A stretch of 64,000 nt of DNA from Akkermansia sp. GTDB taxonomy: Bacteria > Verrucomicrobiota > Verrucomicrobiia > Verrucomicrobiales > Akkermansiaceae. The stretch covers positions 6,801-70,800 of the forward strand of contig JAUNRE010000001.1 of assembly GCA_030535795.1 (NCBI GenBank). Direction: 5' to 3'. A model generated the notes under the pieces. The model saw nothing but the letters and a program-made list of their open reading frames with translations, was not told the origin of the DNA and made no database searches. Made by a program: the position numbers and the translations under genes. Each line of letters opens with the position of its first letter. Position 1 is the stretch's first letter. Shown here piece after piece: positions 49,402 to 59,442 of this stretch.

Positions 49402-51197
49402 TTAACAGAATCAAAAAGTTTGTAATGCGCTTTCTTCGGCCTCATCTGCCGTGGCTGCTGGTGTCGATTTTTACCGGTATCGTGGCGGCTGCTGCCAGTG
49501 GTATGGGGGTGCCGTTCATGCTCAAGTTCATTTTCCCCATCGTGTTCCATCAGGAGGGACAGCCTGAGCCCTTGCTGCTGGAGTATGTGCCGCAACTGAA
49601 GGAGCTTTCCGCGCAGACAGTGCTGCTGCTGGCCTGTGCCTCCATGCCGCTTATTTTCATCATACGCGGTGTGGCGCAGTGGCTTAATGCCGTGGTTGTA
49701 AATGTGCTGGGGCTTCGCATTCTGGAGGGTCTGCGTACCTCGGTTTTCCACCATGTGCAGCAGTTGCCCCTTTCATTTCTGGAGGGGCAGCGAAAGGGCG
49801 ATATTATCAGCCGCATTGTGGCGGATACGCAGAACGTGCAGGATGTGCTTTCACACATTTCAAACGATCTGGTAAAACAGCCCATTACCTGCCTTTGCGC
49901 TCTTTTCGCTTTCATCTGGCTGCTTGTCAGCACAGGTAGCTGGCAGATTTTCCTAGTGATACTCTTCATTGGCCTGGCTGCCTGGCCCATCATTACCTTT
50001 GGTAAGCGCATTTCCGCTAAGTCGCTGAAAGCGCAGGAGGGACTCGGTGAGCTCAATACCGTGGTGCAGCAAAACCTCGAAACTCAGCGCGAGGTGCGAG
50101 CCTATGCTCTCGAAGAGCGACAGATAGCGGATTTCGCTCAGGCTTCGGAGGGATATTGCCATAATATCGTCAAGCTCGTTAAGTATCAGCGTGCCATTAT
50201 TCCCATCATGGAAACGGTGACAGCCCTTGCTCTTTCCTTCCTTCTTGTTTGCGGGAGCTTATTCGGCATGGGGCTGGAGGACTTCATGGCTTTGGCTGCG
50301 GCTCTTTTCTTCACCTTCGATTCCATGAAGCGAGCAGGGCAGGCCTACAACCGACTGAACGAAGCTCAGGGCGCCATGACGCGACTTGCCGAGGTGCTCG
50401 ATGAGCCCAACACCATCGATGACCCGGTCAACCCTCTGGCATTGCCCGCACGCGTGAAAGGCGATATTTCGTTCCACAATGTTACTTTCTCCTACATTGA
50501 GGGTAAGCCGGTGCTGAAGGATATCAATGTTCACATCCCCGCCGGGCAAATTGTGGGGCTGGTAGGCCCGAGTGGTGCCGGTAAGACCACCTTTGCGTGT
50601 CTGATTCCTCGTTTTTACGAGGCGACCGAGGGTGCTGTGCAGGTAGATGGTATCGATGTGCGAGATGTCACGCGCCATGATTTGCGTGAACAACTGGCCA
50701 TTGTGGGACAGCAGGCGCTGTTGTTCTCCGGCACCATCCACGAAAACATTGCTCTGGGGCGTCAGTCTGCAACCCGAGAGGAAATAGATGCTGCCGCGAA
50801 AGCCGCCCGCGTGACAAGTTTCCTGAAAAGCCAGCCCAAGGGGATTGATACCCAGCTGGGGCAGGGCGGTGCCGGACTCTCCGGCGGCCAGCGCCAGCGT
50901 GTGGCCATAGCTCGAGCCTTTGTGAAGGATGCCCCCATTCTGATACTGGATGAAGCCACGGCTTCGCTGGATGCAGAGAGTGAAAAGGAAATTCAGCAGG
51001 AGCTTGATTCCTTGGCTCAAGGGCGTACAACTCTTATTGTGGCTCACCGTTTCAGCACGATCCGCAATGCTCATCGTATTCTCGTGTTCGACCACGGACG
51101 CATCGTGGGCGATGGCCCACACGCCGAGCTGTATGAAAATTGCCCCCTTTATCGCGAACTGTATGACCGCCAGGGTGCGGTGGAACCCACTGCGTGA
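49398..51197 (+). CDS. MsbA-like ABC exporter 2
   Basis: GPSGAGKT, LSGGQRQR, ILDEATA, AHR. Confidence 0.93.
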   Translation: MINRIKKFVMRFLRPHLPWLLVSIFTGIVAAAASGMGVPFMLKFIFPIVFHQEGQPEPLLLEYVPQLKELSAQTVLLLACASMPLIFIIRGVAQWLNAVVVNVLGLRILEGLRTSVFHHVQQLPLSFLEGQRKGDIISRIVADTQNVQDVLSHISNDLVKQPITCLCALFAFIWLLVSTGSWQIFLVILFIGLAAWPIITFGKRISAKSLKAQEGLGELNTVVQQNLETQREVRAYALEERQIADFAQASEGYCHNIVKLVKYQRAIIPIMETVTALALSFLLVCGSLFGMGLEDFMALAAALFFTFDSMKRAGQAYNRLNEAQGAMTRLAEVLDEPNTIDDPVNPLALPARVKGDISFHNVTFSYIEGKPVLKDINVHIPAGQIVGLVGPSGAGKTTFACLIPRFYEATEGAVQVDGIDVRDVTRHDLREQLAIVGQQALLFSGTIHENIALGRQSATREEIDAAAKAARVTSFLKSQPKGIDTQLGQGGAGLSGGQRQRVAIARAFVKDAPILILDEATASLDAESEKEIQQELDSLAQGRTTLIVAHRFSTIRNAHRILVFDHGRIVGDGPHAELYENCPLYRELYDRQGAVEPTA

Positions 51198-53182
51198 TGA
51201 AAGACGTTATCTCCGTTATATCCCGAGCCGAGGGCGCTGCTGCGGTAAAGGAACTGAGCAGCCGTAGCACCGCAGCCCTGCTGGCGGACAGTGAAACGGC
51301 TCTTTATGAGCACTTGAAAGCCTGCCGCCTGCGCCATGTGCGCCGCATGGTAGAAGTGTCGCGCGAGGAAAAGCTTATTCTGCCTCACTTCACCGTTTTT
51401 GTGGATGACACCCCTGCGGATGTCTATGTGCTCAGTGTCGCCAATCCTGATTCTCCAGCCGGGCTGACGAGTGAGCAGTGCCGATATTGTGAGCAGCGCA
51501 AGGGCAGGGCTACCTATGTGCTGCCGTGCATTGTGCAACACTTGCGAGAGAACGTCGCGCGCTGCGTGGCCTTGCCTCCGGTGCAGCTGCGGCTGGCGGA
51601 TTCCTGGCTTGCTACGGCAGAGGTGCTTCAGTATCTGCCGCTCACCTACTCGCGCGAAGTGGGCGTGTCCATGCCTTGCAGTGCGTGGATTCTCAAGAAG
51701 AGCAACCTGTTGCGCGAGGTAGCTAACAACGGCATGCGCCTTTACCCGGTAGTGAGCCGCTTTGCCCATGCCGGCCACATGCCCGAGGAGCTTGAGATTC
51801 GCGGTTCCGGCACGGAAAGTCCGCTGATGCTTACCGTGACAGCGGGGCGCTCCGGCGGCCGTTTGCAGTTGCTGTATGGTGATTTTTACTCGTCCGACAA
51901 CGCTGTTAATGAACTGGTGGTGTCGGCACAGCCTGCGGAGGATGAGCCCCCGCTGATTAGCCTGAAGGCCGATGACGGCAGTATGTATCATGCGTTGTGT
52001 GCTGAGTTGCAGATGTTTCCTCTGCATGATTGGCTCCGGGAGCGTTTTACCTGGTCATTGAGTCTGCTCAGCCACTACATGTCGAGGGTGCAGCCCGAGG
52101 CCATGACGCGCGGCTATGATGGGGCGCGGATATGCGTTGTGGTCAAGAGCTCTCGGTACTGTACGCTCTGCGGCCTGCCGCTCTGCCATGTCGTGGGCAC
52201 GAACGGGGCGCAGACCGTCAATATCTACGCGGCTGTGTATGATTCGGACGCCCCTCTGCCGCAACCCGGCGACAATATCTGCGCTGAGGGTGTGCTGTAC
52301 GCTGTGCCGGATGCTAGGGTGGTAGTACCTCAGGCAACAGCTCCGGAGCCTGAGCCTACGCCGATTCCCGAGCCCCGACCCGAGCAGCCTGTCCCGCTGG
52401 CTGATGCCGAGCTGCTGCCGCTCAGTCCGATGCTGGCTGTTGTGGCCGGCGGATTGTTGCAGGCCGGCTATCGGTGGGCTGTACCTTTCAAACCCATCTT
52501 CCGCCATGGGTTGCCTGAGCTCAGAATGCAGGCGCCGGATGGCCGCTTGCTGCTTGTGTTGGTTGATACCGTGGTGAAGGGCAAGCGAGACAGCAACGGC
52601 TACGCCCGCTATGAGCCGGATTCATACCCGAAACATCTTGCTGCCGCCCCTCCGGATAATCAACCTGCGGATGTTTTGTTTGCCACGGTGACCCTCAGTT
52701 CTCTTCCCAATGGTTCGTACCGTACGGAAGTGAGCCTGCATGGTGCTGTGCCTCCTCACTTGGCCTTTAGTCCGGTGGTGACGCCGCCCCGCGCCCCCGA
52801 ACTTTCTGAGGAAGATGCCGTGCTGGCTTTTGGTGAGATGATGGTGACGCATGATTTTAAGGCACTTCTGCCCATGTTGCGCGAAGATTTGCACTATGAA
52901 AGCGACACAGCCGGGCTGAGCTTCCGCAGCCGATTGGATTTGCTGCGCCACCTGCGAGCCTGTTTTGACAACTGGCGCAAGCGTGGCGAGTTGGGGAACC
53001 TGAGTTTCCTGCTTTCCAATGTGGAAGAAAACGGTCGGTTGCGTCCCTGCATTGTTGCCTGCCAGAGCGGAGATATCATCTCTGCCACCGTGTGCGATGT
53101 GCAGGCCGGGCGCATTACCGCCATCCGCTCTCTGGCCGGTAGTGCTCTCGATACGCTCCAACCACCTGATACCTCAGCATAA
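51197..53182 (+). CDS. Hypothetical multidomain protein
   Basis: 661-aa ORF coupled (TGATG) to the ABC gene; PE-rich linker; possible SnoaL-like C-terminus. Confidence 0.7.
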   Translation: MKDVISVISRAEGAAAVKELSSRSTAALLADSETALYEHLKACRLRHVRRMVEVSREEKLILPHFTVFVDDTPADVYVLSVANPDSPAGLTSEQCRYCEQRKGRATYVLPCIVQHLRENVARCVALPPVQLRLADSWLATAEVLQYLPLTYSREVGVSMPCSAWILKKSNLLREVANNGMRLYPVVSRFAHAGHMPEELEIRGSGTESPLMLTVTAGRSGGRLQLLYGDFYSSDNAVNELVVSAQPAEDEPPLISLKADDGSMYHALCAELQMFPLHDWLRERFTWSLSLLSHYMSRVQPEAMTRGYDGARICVVVKSSRYCTLCGLPLCHVVGTNGAQTVNIYAAVYDSDAPLPQPGDNICAEGVLYAVPDARVVVPQATAPEPEPTPIPEPRPEQPVPLADAELLPLSPMLAVVAGGLLQAGYRWAVPFKPIFRHGLPELRMQAPDGRLLLVLVDTVVKGKRDSNGYARYEPDSYPKHLAAAPPDNQPADVLFATVTLSSLPNGSYRTEVSLHGAVPPHLAFSPVVTPPRAPELSEEDAVLAFGEMMVTHDFKALLPMLREDLHYESDTAGLSFRSRLDLLRHLRACFDNWRKRGELGNLSFLLSNVEENGRLRPCIVACQSGDIISATVCDVQAGRITAIRSLAGSALDTLQPPDTSA

Positions 53183-53184
53183 CG

Positions 53185-54003
53185 ATGAATATCCCAACGT
53201 ACTGGATTCGTGAACGGCGCATGATTGAAGGGCGGCGCATACGCCTTCGCGGTATTTCTGCCGATTCTCAGCAGGATGCCCGGGAGCGCATGGAGGCGCG
53301 AGCCCGTTTGTGGCAACAACTTCTGACGGCGCCGGCCGGCTCTGTGCCTGTGGAGGCGTTCCGTGCCGAGTTGCGGCGCCTGGATGGTGAGGCTTCTCCC
53401 TATAGCTCCGCCATTCTTGAGCCGATTGAGCAGCAGCCGGATGCAGATAATATCATCACCCGCAATCGTTATGGCAGCCTTGTGCTCAATTCCATAAGTC
53501 TTTGCTTCGTGGATGTGGATCGCTTCCGCTGTGGATTCTGGGCTTCTCTTTTCGGCGGCAAAAAACGTGAGGAGCAGGCACTTCTCGAAGCCGTTCGCAG
53601 GGAATGTGCCGCCGATTGTACCCTGTCGGCTCGCGTGTATCGCACCGCTCACGGTTGGCGTGTCATGTTGCGGGGCGAGGGGCTTAGCATCGGCTCCGCG
53701 CGTGAGGCCGAGCTCTTTTCTGCTTTGCAGGCTGACCCGCTGTATGCCGAGCTGTGCCGAAAGCAGCTGTGTTGGCGCGCCCGCCTCAGTCCCAAGCCCT
53801 TTTATCGGGGGCTGAAGCGCTACCCGCTTGCACAGAGCTCCGTCCATCGGCCCGAGGAGTGGATCTCTGCTTATGAAAAAGCGACAGCCGGGCTTGCCGT
53901 CTGTCGTCTGCTTGATTCATTCGGACCACCCTTGCACGACGCCATCGTCGAGTTGCATGATACGTTCACTCTGGCGAGAAAGTGCGACCTAGAGCTGGCT
54001 TAG
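53185..54003 (+). CDS. Hypothetical protein with enzyme-like motifs (possibly AEP-like)
   Basis: TRNRYGSLVLN, FVDVD, RVYRTAHGWR, DPLY..LC..Q..RARLSPKP. Confidence 0.7.
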   Translation: MNIPTYWIRERRMIEGRRIRLRGISADSQQDARERMEARARLWQQLLTAPAGSVPVEAFRAELRRLDGEASPYSSAILEPIEQQPDADNIITRNRYGSLVLNSISLCFVDVDRFRCGFWASLFGGKKREEQALLEAVRRECAADCTLSARVYRTAHGWRVMLRGEGLSIGSAREAELFSALQADPLYAELCRKQLCWRARLSPKPFYRGLKRYPLAQSSVHRPEEWISAYEKATAGLAVCRLLDSFGPPLHDAIVELHDTFTLARKCDLELA

Positions 54004-54977
54004 GACTCCATCAGCGGCCCAAGGATATCCGTGAGCTCCGCGTATGACCCCACTCGTGCCAAGGCAGGGCGCAGGGGCTTGGTGCCGGGGATGCCTTTGG
54101 CGTATGCCAGAAGGCGGGCACGCATGGCGCGCATGGTAACGATTTCCTCGCCATAGTGCCCGCTGTCGATAGCCATGCGGGTATGGCGCAGCATAAAGCG
54201 GAGTTTGTCGTCAGCCGTTGGTTCGGGGGGGATGGAGCCTGTTTGCAGATAGGCTTTTGCACGGGCAAAGAGCCAAGGGGCATTCATGGCTGCCCGACCA
54301 ATCATGACACCCGAAACAGCTGTGTTTTCCCTGGCTCTTCGGACATCTTGCGGTGTCGTGATATCGCCATTGCCGATAACGGGTATCTGCACCAGGCGCG
54401 CACAGGTATCAATCATGTCCCAATCCGCACTCCCGCCATATTGTTGAGAGCGTGTGCGGCCATGGATGGCGATGGCCTGCACGCCGGCATCTTGCAGGCG
54501 TACTACGGCTTCGGGTGCACAAATACTCTGCGGATCCCACCCGAGGCGGATTTTCGTGGTTACGGGGCAATCGCTGCCGAGCTCCTTCACCACTGCTGCG
54601 GCAATACGTTGCAGCAGCGGCAGGTCACGCAGCAGGGAAGAGCCGCCGTTTTTGCCTACCACTTTGGGTACCGGGCACCCGGCATTGATGTCCAGGAAGT
54701 CGGGCTTCATGGCATCGACAATGATGCGGGCGGCCTGCGCGGCGTGCTCGGGTACTGAGCCGAATATCTGGATACCCAGCGGTCTGTGTTGCTCCTCAAA
54801 CTCCACGTATCGGCGGTTGCGCTGCCAGGCTTGCAGGACACCCTCGGCCGACACAAACTCCGTTTCCATCACATCGGCTCCGGCTTCTTTGCAGAGAGTG
54901 CGGAAAATCGGGTCTGTCACTCCGGCCATCGGAGCCAGATAGAGCGGGAACTGATTGTCAAACCACGGCAGCGACAT
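54000..54977 (-). CDS. dusB: tRNA-dihydrouridine synthase
   Basis: LAPMAGVTD, DINAGCP, KIRLGW, HGRT, NGDI, MIGR. Confidence 0.93.
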   Translation of the reverse strand: MSLPWFDNQFPLYLAPMAGVTDPIFRTLCKEAGADVMETEFVSAEGVLQAWQRNRRYVEFEEQHRPLGIQIFGSVPEHAAQAARIIVDAMKPDFLDINAGCPVPKVVGKNGGSSLLRDLPLLQRIAAAVVKELGSDCPVTTKIRLGWDPQSICAPEAVVRLQDAGVQAIAIHGRTRSQQYGGSADWDMIDTCARLVQIPVIGNGDITTPQDVRRARENTAVSGVMIGRAAMNAPWLFARAKAYLQTGSIPPEPTADDKLRFMLRHTRMAIDSGHYGEEIVTMRAMRARLLAYAKGIPGTKPLRPALARVGSYAELTDILGPLMES

Positions 54978-55109
54978 GCGCGCATGCTATCATATCGGGG
55001 CGGTCTGTGCAAGCCCGAATCCGCTTTTTTATGCATCTCGGGGGCTCATGACTTCAAAAGGGATTGCCAAAGTCTGCCTGAGTGGGTAGAATGAGCCCGA
55101 GGAGTTATT

Positions 55110-56060
55110 ATGATGAATTTTCGACGGTTATTTCTCATGTTAGCTGCGGTTGTGCTCACGGCATGCCAAACGCAGCAGGGGCAGCCCGACACGCCGATGG
55201 TGGGGGAACAGATTGTTACCGAAAACCGCTCCGGGGTTGTGGTGCGCCGTAAGGGTAAGGTGCGTGGACTTGCTCGCCGTTCTTCCTCCCGCGCTGCATC
55301 AGTCGTTGAGCGTGCTCGCACGCCGCGTGCTTATGTGCCTCGCAAGCCGGGGCGCCGTGTGTCGCACGTCAATGTGCCCGGTAAGTATGTGGCGCTTACC
55401 TTCGATGACGGCCCCAGTGCTGCCTATACGCCGCAGGTGCTGGATATTCTGAAGCGACACGGAGCCCGCGCCACGTTCTTCGTGGTGGGTCGCAGTGCTG
55501 CAGCCAACAAGGGGATACTGGCTCGTGCCGTGTCCGAAGGCCATGAAATTGCTAATCACACCTACAGCCACATCAAGATGACGGCCAAGAGCCGCCAGGC
55601 CGTGGCCAATGAGATTGAGCGCACCAACGCTATTATCAAATCCGCCACCGGGTATTCTCCCACGGTCATGCGTCCGCCCTACGGAGCCGTCAACTCCGGG
55701 CTGGTGGATATGATGTACAACCGTTACGGCTTTTATACCGTGTTGTGGGATGTTGACACCCGCGACTGGCAAAAGCCCGGCGTCAGCAAGGTCGTATCGC
55801 GTGCGGTGGGGCAGGCTCAGCCCGGCTCCATCATTTTGCTGCACGATATTCATGCCTCCACGCTGGCAGCGGTGGAACAGGTCGTCACCGGCTTGCAGGC
55901 TCGCGGATACAAGCTTGTAACCGTGTCTCAGCTTATTGCTATGGGGCGCCGTGCCTCCGGCGATGTGAGCCCGGCCTCCCCGGAGGGGGCGGTAACTGCA
56001 CCCGCCACCGGTGGTGCGGACATTCAGCCCGTTGCTGCCACGGCCTCGGAATCACTCTAA
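55110..56060 (+). CDS. Polysaccharide deacetylase (CE4) lipoprotein
   Basis: LTAC lipobox; TFDDGP, HTYSH, RPPYG, DW, LLHD. Confidence 0.93.
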   Translation: MMNFRRLFLMLAAVVLTACQTQQGQPDTPMVGEQIVTENRSGVVVRRKGKVRGLARRSSSRAASVVERARTPRAYVPRKPGRRVSHVNVPGKYVALTFDDGPSAAYTPQVLDILKRHGARATFFVVGRSAAANKGILARAVSEGHEIANHTYSHIKMTAKSRQAVANEIERTNAIIKSATGYSPTVMRPPYGAVNSGLVDMMYNRYGFYTVLWDVDTRDWQKPGVSKVVSRAVGQAQPGSIILLHDIHASTLAAVEQVVTGLQARGYKLVTVSQLIAMGRRASGDVSPASPEGAVTAPATGGADIQPVAATASESL

Positions 56061-56075
56061 GCACCCATTTTCATC

Positions 56076-57602
56076 ATGAATCAAAATCAGATTGGAGCCG
56101 TGCATCTTGTCGGTGCCGGCCCCGGTGATCCCGAGCTGATTACGCTGAAAGGTCTGCGCCTGCTGGAGTCGGCGGATTGTGTTGTGTATGATGCGTTGGC
56201 GGATGCCGCTCTGCTGAGCCGCTGCAAGTCGGGGTGTGAAACCATCTATGTCGGAAAGCGTTCCGGTAATCACGCTTTGCCTCAGGAGCAGATAAATGAG
56301 CTACTGGTGTCCTGCGCTCACAAATACGCGTCCACCGTACGCCTGAAGGGCGGCGACCCCTATATCTTCGGGCGCGGAAGCGAAGAGGGGCTTGCCCTCT
56401 TGGCTGCCGGGGTGCCCTTTGACGTGGTGCCGGGCATCACATCAGCTATTGCCGGCCCCGCCGCTATCGGTATTCCGCTGACTCACCGCGGGATATGCTC
56501 CCAGTTCACGGTATTTACCGGGCACGAAATGCCGGGTAAGGAAGAAAGCTCGCTCGATATACCGGCTATTGCCGCCATCCCCGGCACCAAGGTGATTCTC
56601 ATGGGGATGAGCCGTCTGCGCACTACGCTTCAGGCTCTGGTGGAGGCCGGCATGAATCCGCAGACACCGGCAGCTGTCGTGCAGTGGGCCACGACTCCTC
56701 GCCAGAAGTGGGTGGAGGCCACGCTTTCCACCCTGGCAGATGCTGTGGAAGGAGTGCTTGGATCGCCTGCGGTGGTTGTGGTAGGCGATGTCGTGGCATT
56801 GCGCGCTCGGTTAGGCGGCGCCTCGCCCCTGCCGCTGGCCGGTAAGCGCATTGTCGTTACTCGCACACGCGAGCAGGCCAGTGCCTTGTCTGCCCGCCTG
56901 ACGGCACTGGGGGCAGATGTGCTCGAAATGCCCACTATCCGAATTGTGCCGCCTACCGACCGCAAGGATTTTGCAGCTGCGGTTGTGGACAGCCCTCATT
57001 ACGACTGGCTTATATTCTCCAGCCCCAACGGGGTAAAGAAGTTCTTTGAGGCGTTCTTTGCTGTCTACGAGGATATCCGCGAGCTGGGTGGTGCACGCAT
57101 TGCAGCGGTGGGCCCCGGTACGGCAGCTGAGCTCAAAAAATATGGTCTGATGGTGGATGTCATGCCTCGCAAGGCCGTGGCGGAGGAGCTTATTGCAGAG
57201 TTTGACCGCAAAGGTGAAGAATTCGGCGGTGTGGCCAATGTGACAATGCTCTGGGTGCACAGTGAGAAGGGCAGAGATGTGGTGTACAAAGAGCTGATGA
57301 AGCGACAGGCTATTGTGGATGAATGTATTGCCTACAATACCGTGCCTGAAACGGAAGACCCCACCGGTGCACGCGCTCGCTTGCAGGCGGAGGGCGCCGA
57401 TCTCATTACCTTTACCAGCTCAAGCACCGTGCAGAACTTTATGGCACTTAACATTCCCTTGCCTCAGGGGTGCCGAGTTGCCAGCATAGGCCCTGTCACG
57501 ACGGCTACCCTGCATGAGTTTGGGGTGGAGCCGGATGCCGAGAGCCCGGCGCATAATATTGATGACCTCGTTCAAACCATTGTGAAATATTTTGGAAACT
57601 GA
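56076..57602 (+). CDS. cobA: Uroporphyrinogen-III C-methyltransferase / synthase fusion (CobA-HemD)
   Basis: VGAGPGDP, RLKGGDP, VPGITS; then VVTR, FSSPNGV, FTSSS, SIGP. Confidence 0.93.
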   Translation: MNQNQIGAVHLVGAGPGDPELITLKGLRLLESADCVVYDALADAALLSRCKSGCETIYVGKRSGNHALPQEQINELLVSCAHKYASTVRLKGGDPYIFGRGSEEGLALLAAGVPFDVVPGITSAIAGPAAIGIPLTHRGICSQFTVFTGHEMPGKEESSLDIPAIAAIPGTKVILMGMSRLRTTLQALVEAGMNPQTPAAVVQWATTPRQKWVEATLSTLADAVEGVLGSPAVVVVGDVVALRARLGGASPLPLAGKRIVVTRTREQASALSARLTALGADVLEMPTIRIVPPTDRKDFAAAVVDSPHYDWLIFSSPNGVKKFFEAFFAVYEDIRELGGARIAAVGPGTAAELKKYGLMVDVMPRKAVAEELIAEFDRKGEEFGGVANVTMLWVHSEKGRDVVYKELMKRQAIVDECIAYNTVPETEDPTGARARLQAEGADLITFTSSSTVQNFMALNIPLPQGCRVASIGPVTTATLHEFGVEPDAESPAHNIDDLVQTIVKYFGN

Positions 57603-58662
57603 CCTGCAACACTCGCCGCAGATGGTGTGCCTCGGGCTCAACTACCGCACTGCGCCCATTGAAGTGCGCGAGAAGTTTTCCGTGCCCTCGAAGCAGCTGG
57701 TCGCGCGCAATGCTGTGTTGGCGGCTTTGCCCGGGGTGCAGGAGTGTGTCCTGCTTTCCACCTGCAACCGCACCGAGCTTTATTACTGGTCGCACGAGCC
57801 GGTCGCGAGTCACGATGCCATACTGGCGCATTTTCTCGGCGGTGTATCGCAGGGGGAGCAGCAGGCTACCTGTTTTTATACCTACGAGGGTGCTGATGCG
57901 CTGGAGCATTTGGCTTGCGTGGCTTCCGGGCTCGATTCCATGGTGGTGGGCGAAACAGAAATTTTCGGCCAGTTGAAGGATGCCTATCGCGCGGCAGTGG
58001 AGGCCGCTACCACGGCTTGCTGCGCCAACCGTATCTTTCAGCGCATTTTCTCCATAGGTAAGAAAGTTCGTACCGAAACGCGTATCACGTCCGGCCCCAC
58101 TTCCGTGGGGGCTGTGGCGGTACAGCTTGCTCACAATGCGCTCGGCGGGCTCAGTGGCGCCAATGTCCTTGTGGTCGGAGCAGGGGAAATCGCGCGCAGC
58201 ACGGCTCAGAGCCTTCGTTCCCGTGGTGCCGAGAGTATTTTTGTAGCCAATCGCTCCTATGACAGGGCAGTCGACCTTGCGTCTCAGGTGGGCGGGCGTG
58301 TTATTCGTTTCAGTGAGTGGATTCCTTATCTCGAACAAATTGATATTGTCATTGTATCCACGGCGTCACCCGTCTATGTCGTGTCGCCGCCGGTTCTGCG
58401 GGAGACTCAGGCCACGCGAGCCGGGCGTCCGCTTTTCCTGATAGACCTCTCCGTTCCCCGCAATGTTGACCCCGCCTGTTCCGGTGTTTCCGGGGTGCAT
58501 GTCTACGATATGGATGATATGCAGAACATGGTGGCTGACACCCGCCGTCAGCGCGCTGCCGAAATAGCCGGCGGAGAGCAGCTGGTACGCAGCTGGGTCG
58601 CAGAAAATGCCCCGGATTTGCTCAGTAGACCCCGTTTTATCGCCGCAGAAGAGAAAAAATAA
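57592..58662 (+). CDS. hemA: Glutamyl-tRNA reductase
   Basis: STCNRTE, GLDSMVVGE, GAGE, NRS, DLSVPRN; start TTG 57592 or ATG 57622. Confidence 0.93.
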   Translation: METDLQHSPQMVCLGLNYRTAPIEVREKFSVPSKQLVARNAVLAALPGVQECVLLSTCNRTELYYWSHEPVASHDAILAHFLGGVSQGEQQATCFYTYEGADALEHLACVASGLDSMVVGETEIFGQLKDAYRAAVEAATTACCANRIFQRIFSIGKKVRTETRITSGPTSVGAVAVQLAHNALGGLSGANVLVVGAGEIARSTAQSLRSRGAESIFVANRSYDRAVDLASQVGGRVIRFSEWIPYLEQIDIVIVSTASPVYVVSPPVLRETQATRAGRPLFLIDLSVPRNVDPACSGVSGVHVYDMDDMQNMVADTRRQRAAEIAGGEQLVRSWVAENAPDLLSRPRFIAAEEKK

Positions 58663-58691
58663 AAAAACTTGTATATTTTTTCCTTTTTTTT

Positions 58692-58718
58692 TGAACACAC
58701 AACAGTTGGGCAGCGTCA
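58692..58718 (+). promoter_or_regulatory. Candidate ECF-sigma promoter TGAAC-N17-CGTCA
   Basis: AAC / CGT pattern after a T-rich tract, 29 nt upstream of ATG 58748. Confidence 0.45.
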
Positions 58719-58747
58719 TTAACTTTACGTACGCATACATCACGATT

Positions 58748-59344
58748 ATGGAGCAGAAGGAAACAGATATCGACAGTATTACCGAGGAGCACCTGGTGGA
58801 ACTGCTTGCCACGCTCAGAGTGGAGCCTGTGAAGGAGGCTGACTACGAGGAGCGTTTCCTGTTTGATCTCCGTGAGCGTATCGCCCGCGATGCTGTATGC
58901 CGTCCTGCCCGTGCACTGCTGTGGCAGCACCTGTTGCAGTTTTTCGGTAACCTGGGTCTGCGTAAGTGGGCTTGGGGTGCCGGTGTATGTTGCGCGGCCG
59001 GGGCTCTGACTGTTACGATGCTGATTCCGCAGCCGGAGGGCGCTCCCTTGTCCGTGGCTTCGGTGAAGGCTCCTGCGCCTCGCACGTCTTTGCCCGATGG
59101 GGTGTTCTCCCGTCTGTATTCTCCTGCATCGTCTGATAAATTTACCTGCATTTCCGTGAGTGGTGGCCAGCGTACGCCGTTTACTCAGAATCACCACGCT
59201 CTCAATGGCAATGTGCGTATTCTTGAGGTGGAGAATGTGGTTGTTTTTGAGGTGGAGCAGGATGACTTCCCCACTCAGGCCGGGCTTGCTCCTTTGTCTG
59301 ATGCCGGAACTTTTTCTTCTGCACCTTTGAATATGGCAGAATAA
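58748..59344 (+). CDS. Single-TM hypothetical protein (anti-sigma-like architecture)
   Basis: Charged helical N-terminus, one TM, low-complexity C-terminus. Confidence 0.6.
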   Translation: MEQKETDIDSITEEHLVELLATLRVEPVKEADYEERFLFDLRERIARDAVCRPARALLWQHLLQFFGNLGLRKWAWGAGVCCAAGALTVTMLIPQPEGAPLSVASVKAPAPRTSLPDGVFSRLYSPASSDKFTCISVSGGQRTPFTQNHHALNGNVRILEVENVVVFEVEQDDFPTQAGLAPLSDAGTFSSAPLNMAE

Positions 59345-59442
59345 GCACAGCCCGGTGCTGCATACCGCGCTGAGGCTTTCTATTTTGCGTTTGTCGTATT
59401 TCGTGCTTGCATTCCGGCTGTTTTTTTGCTATATATTGCGAT

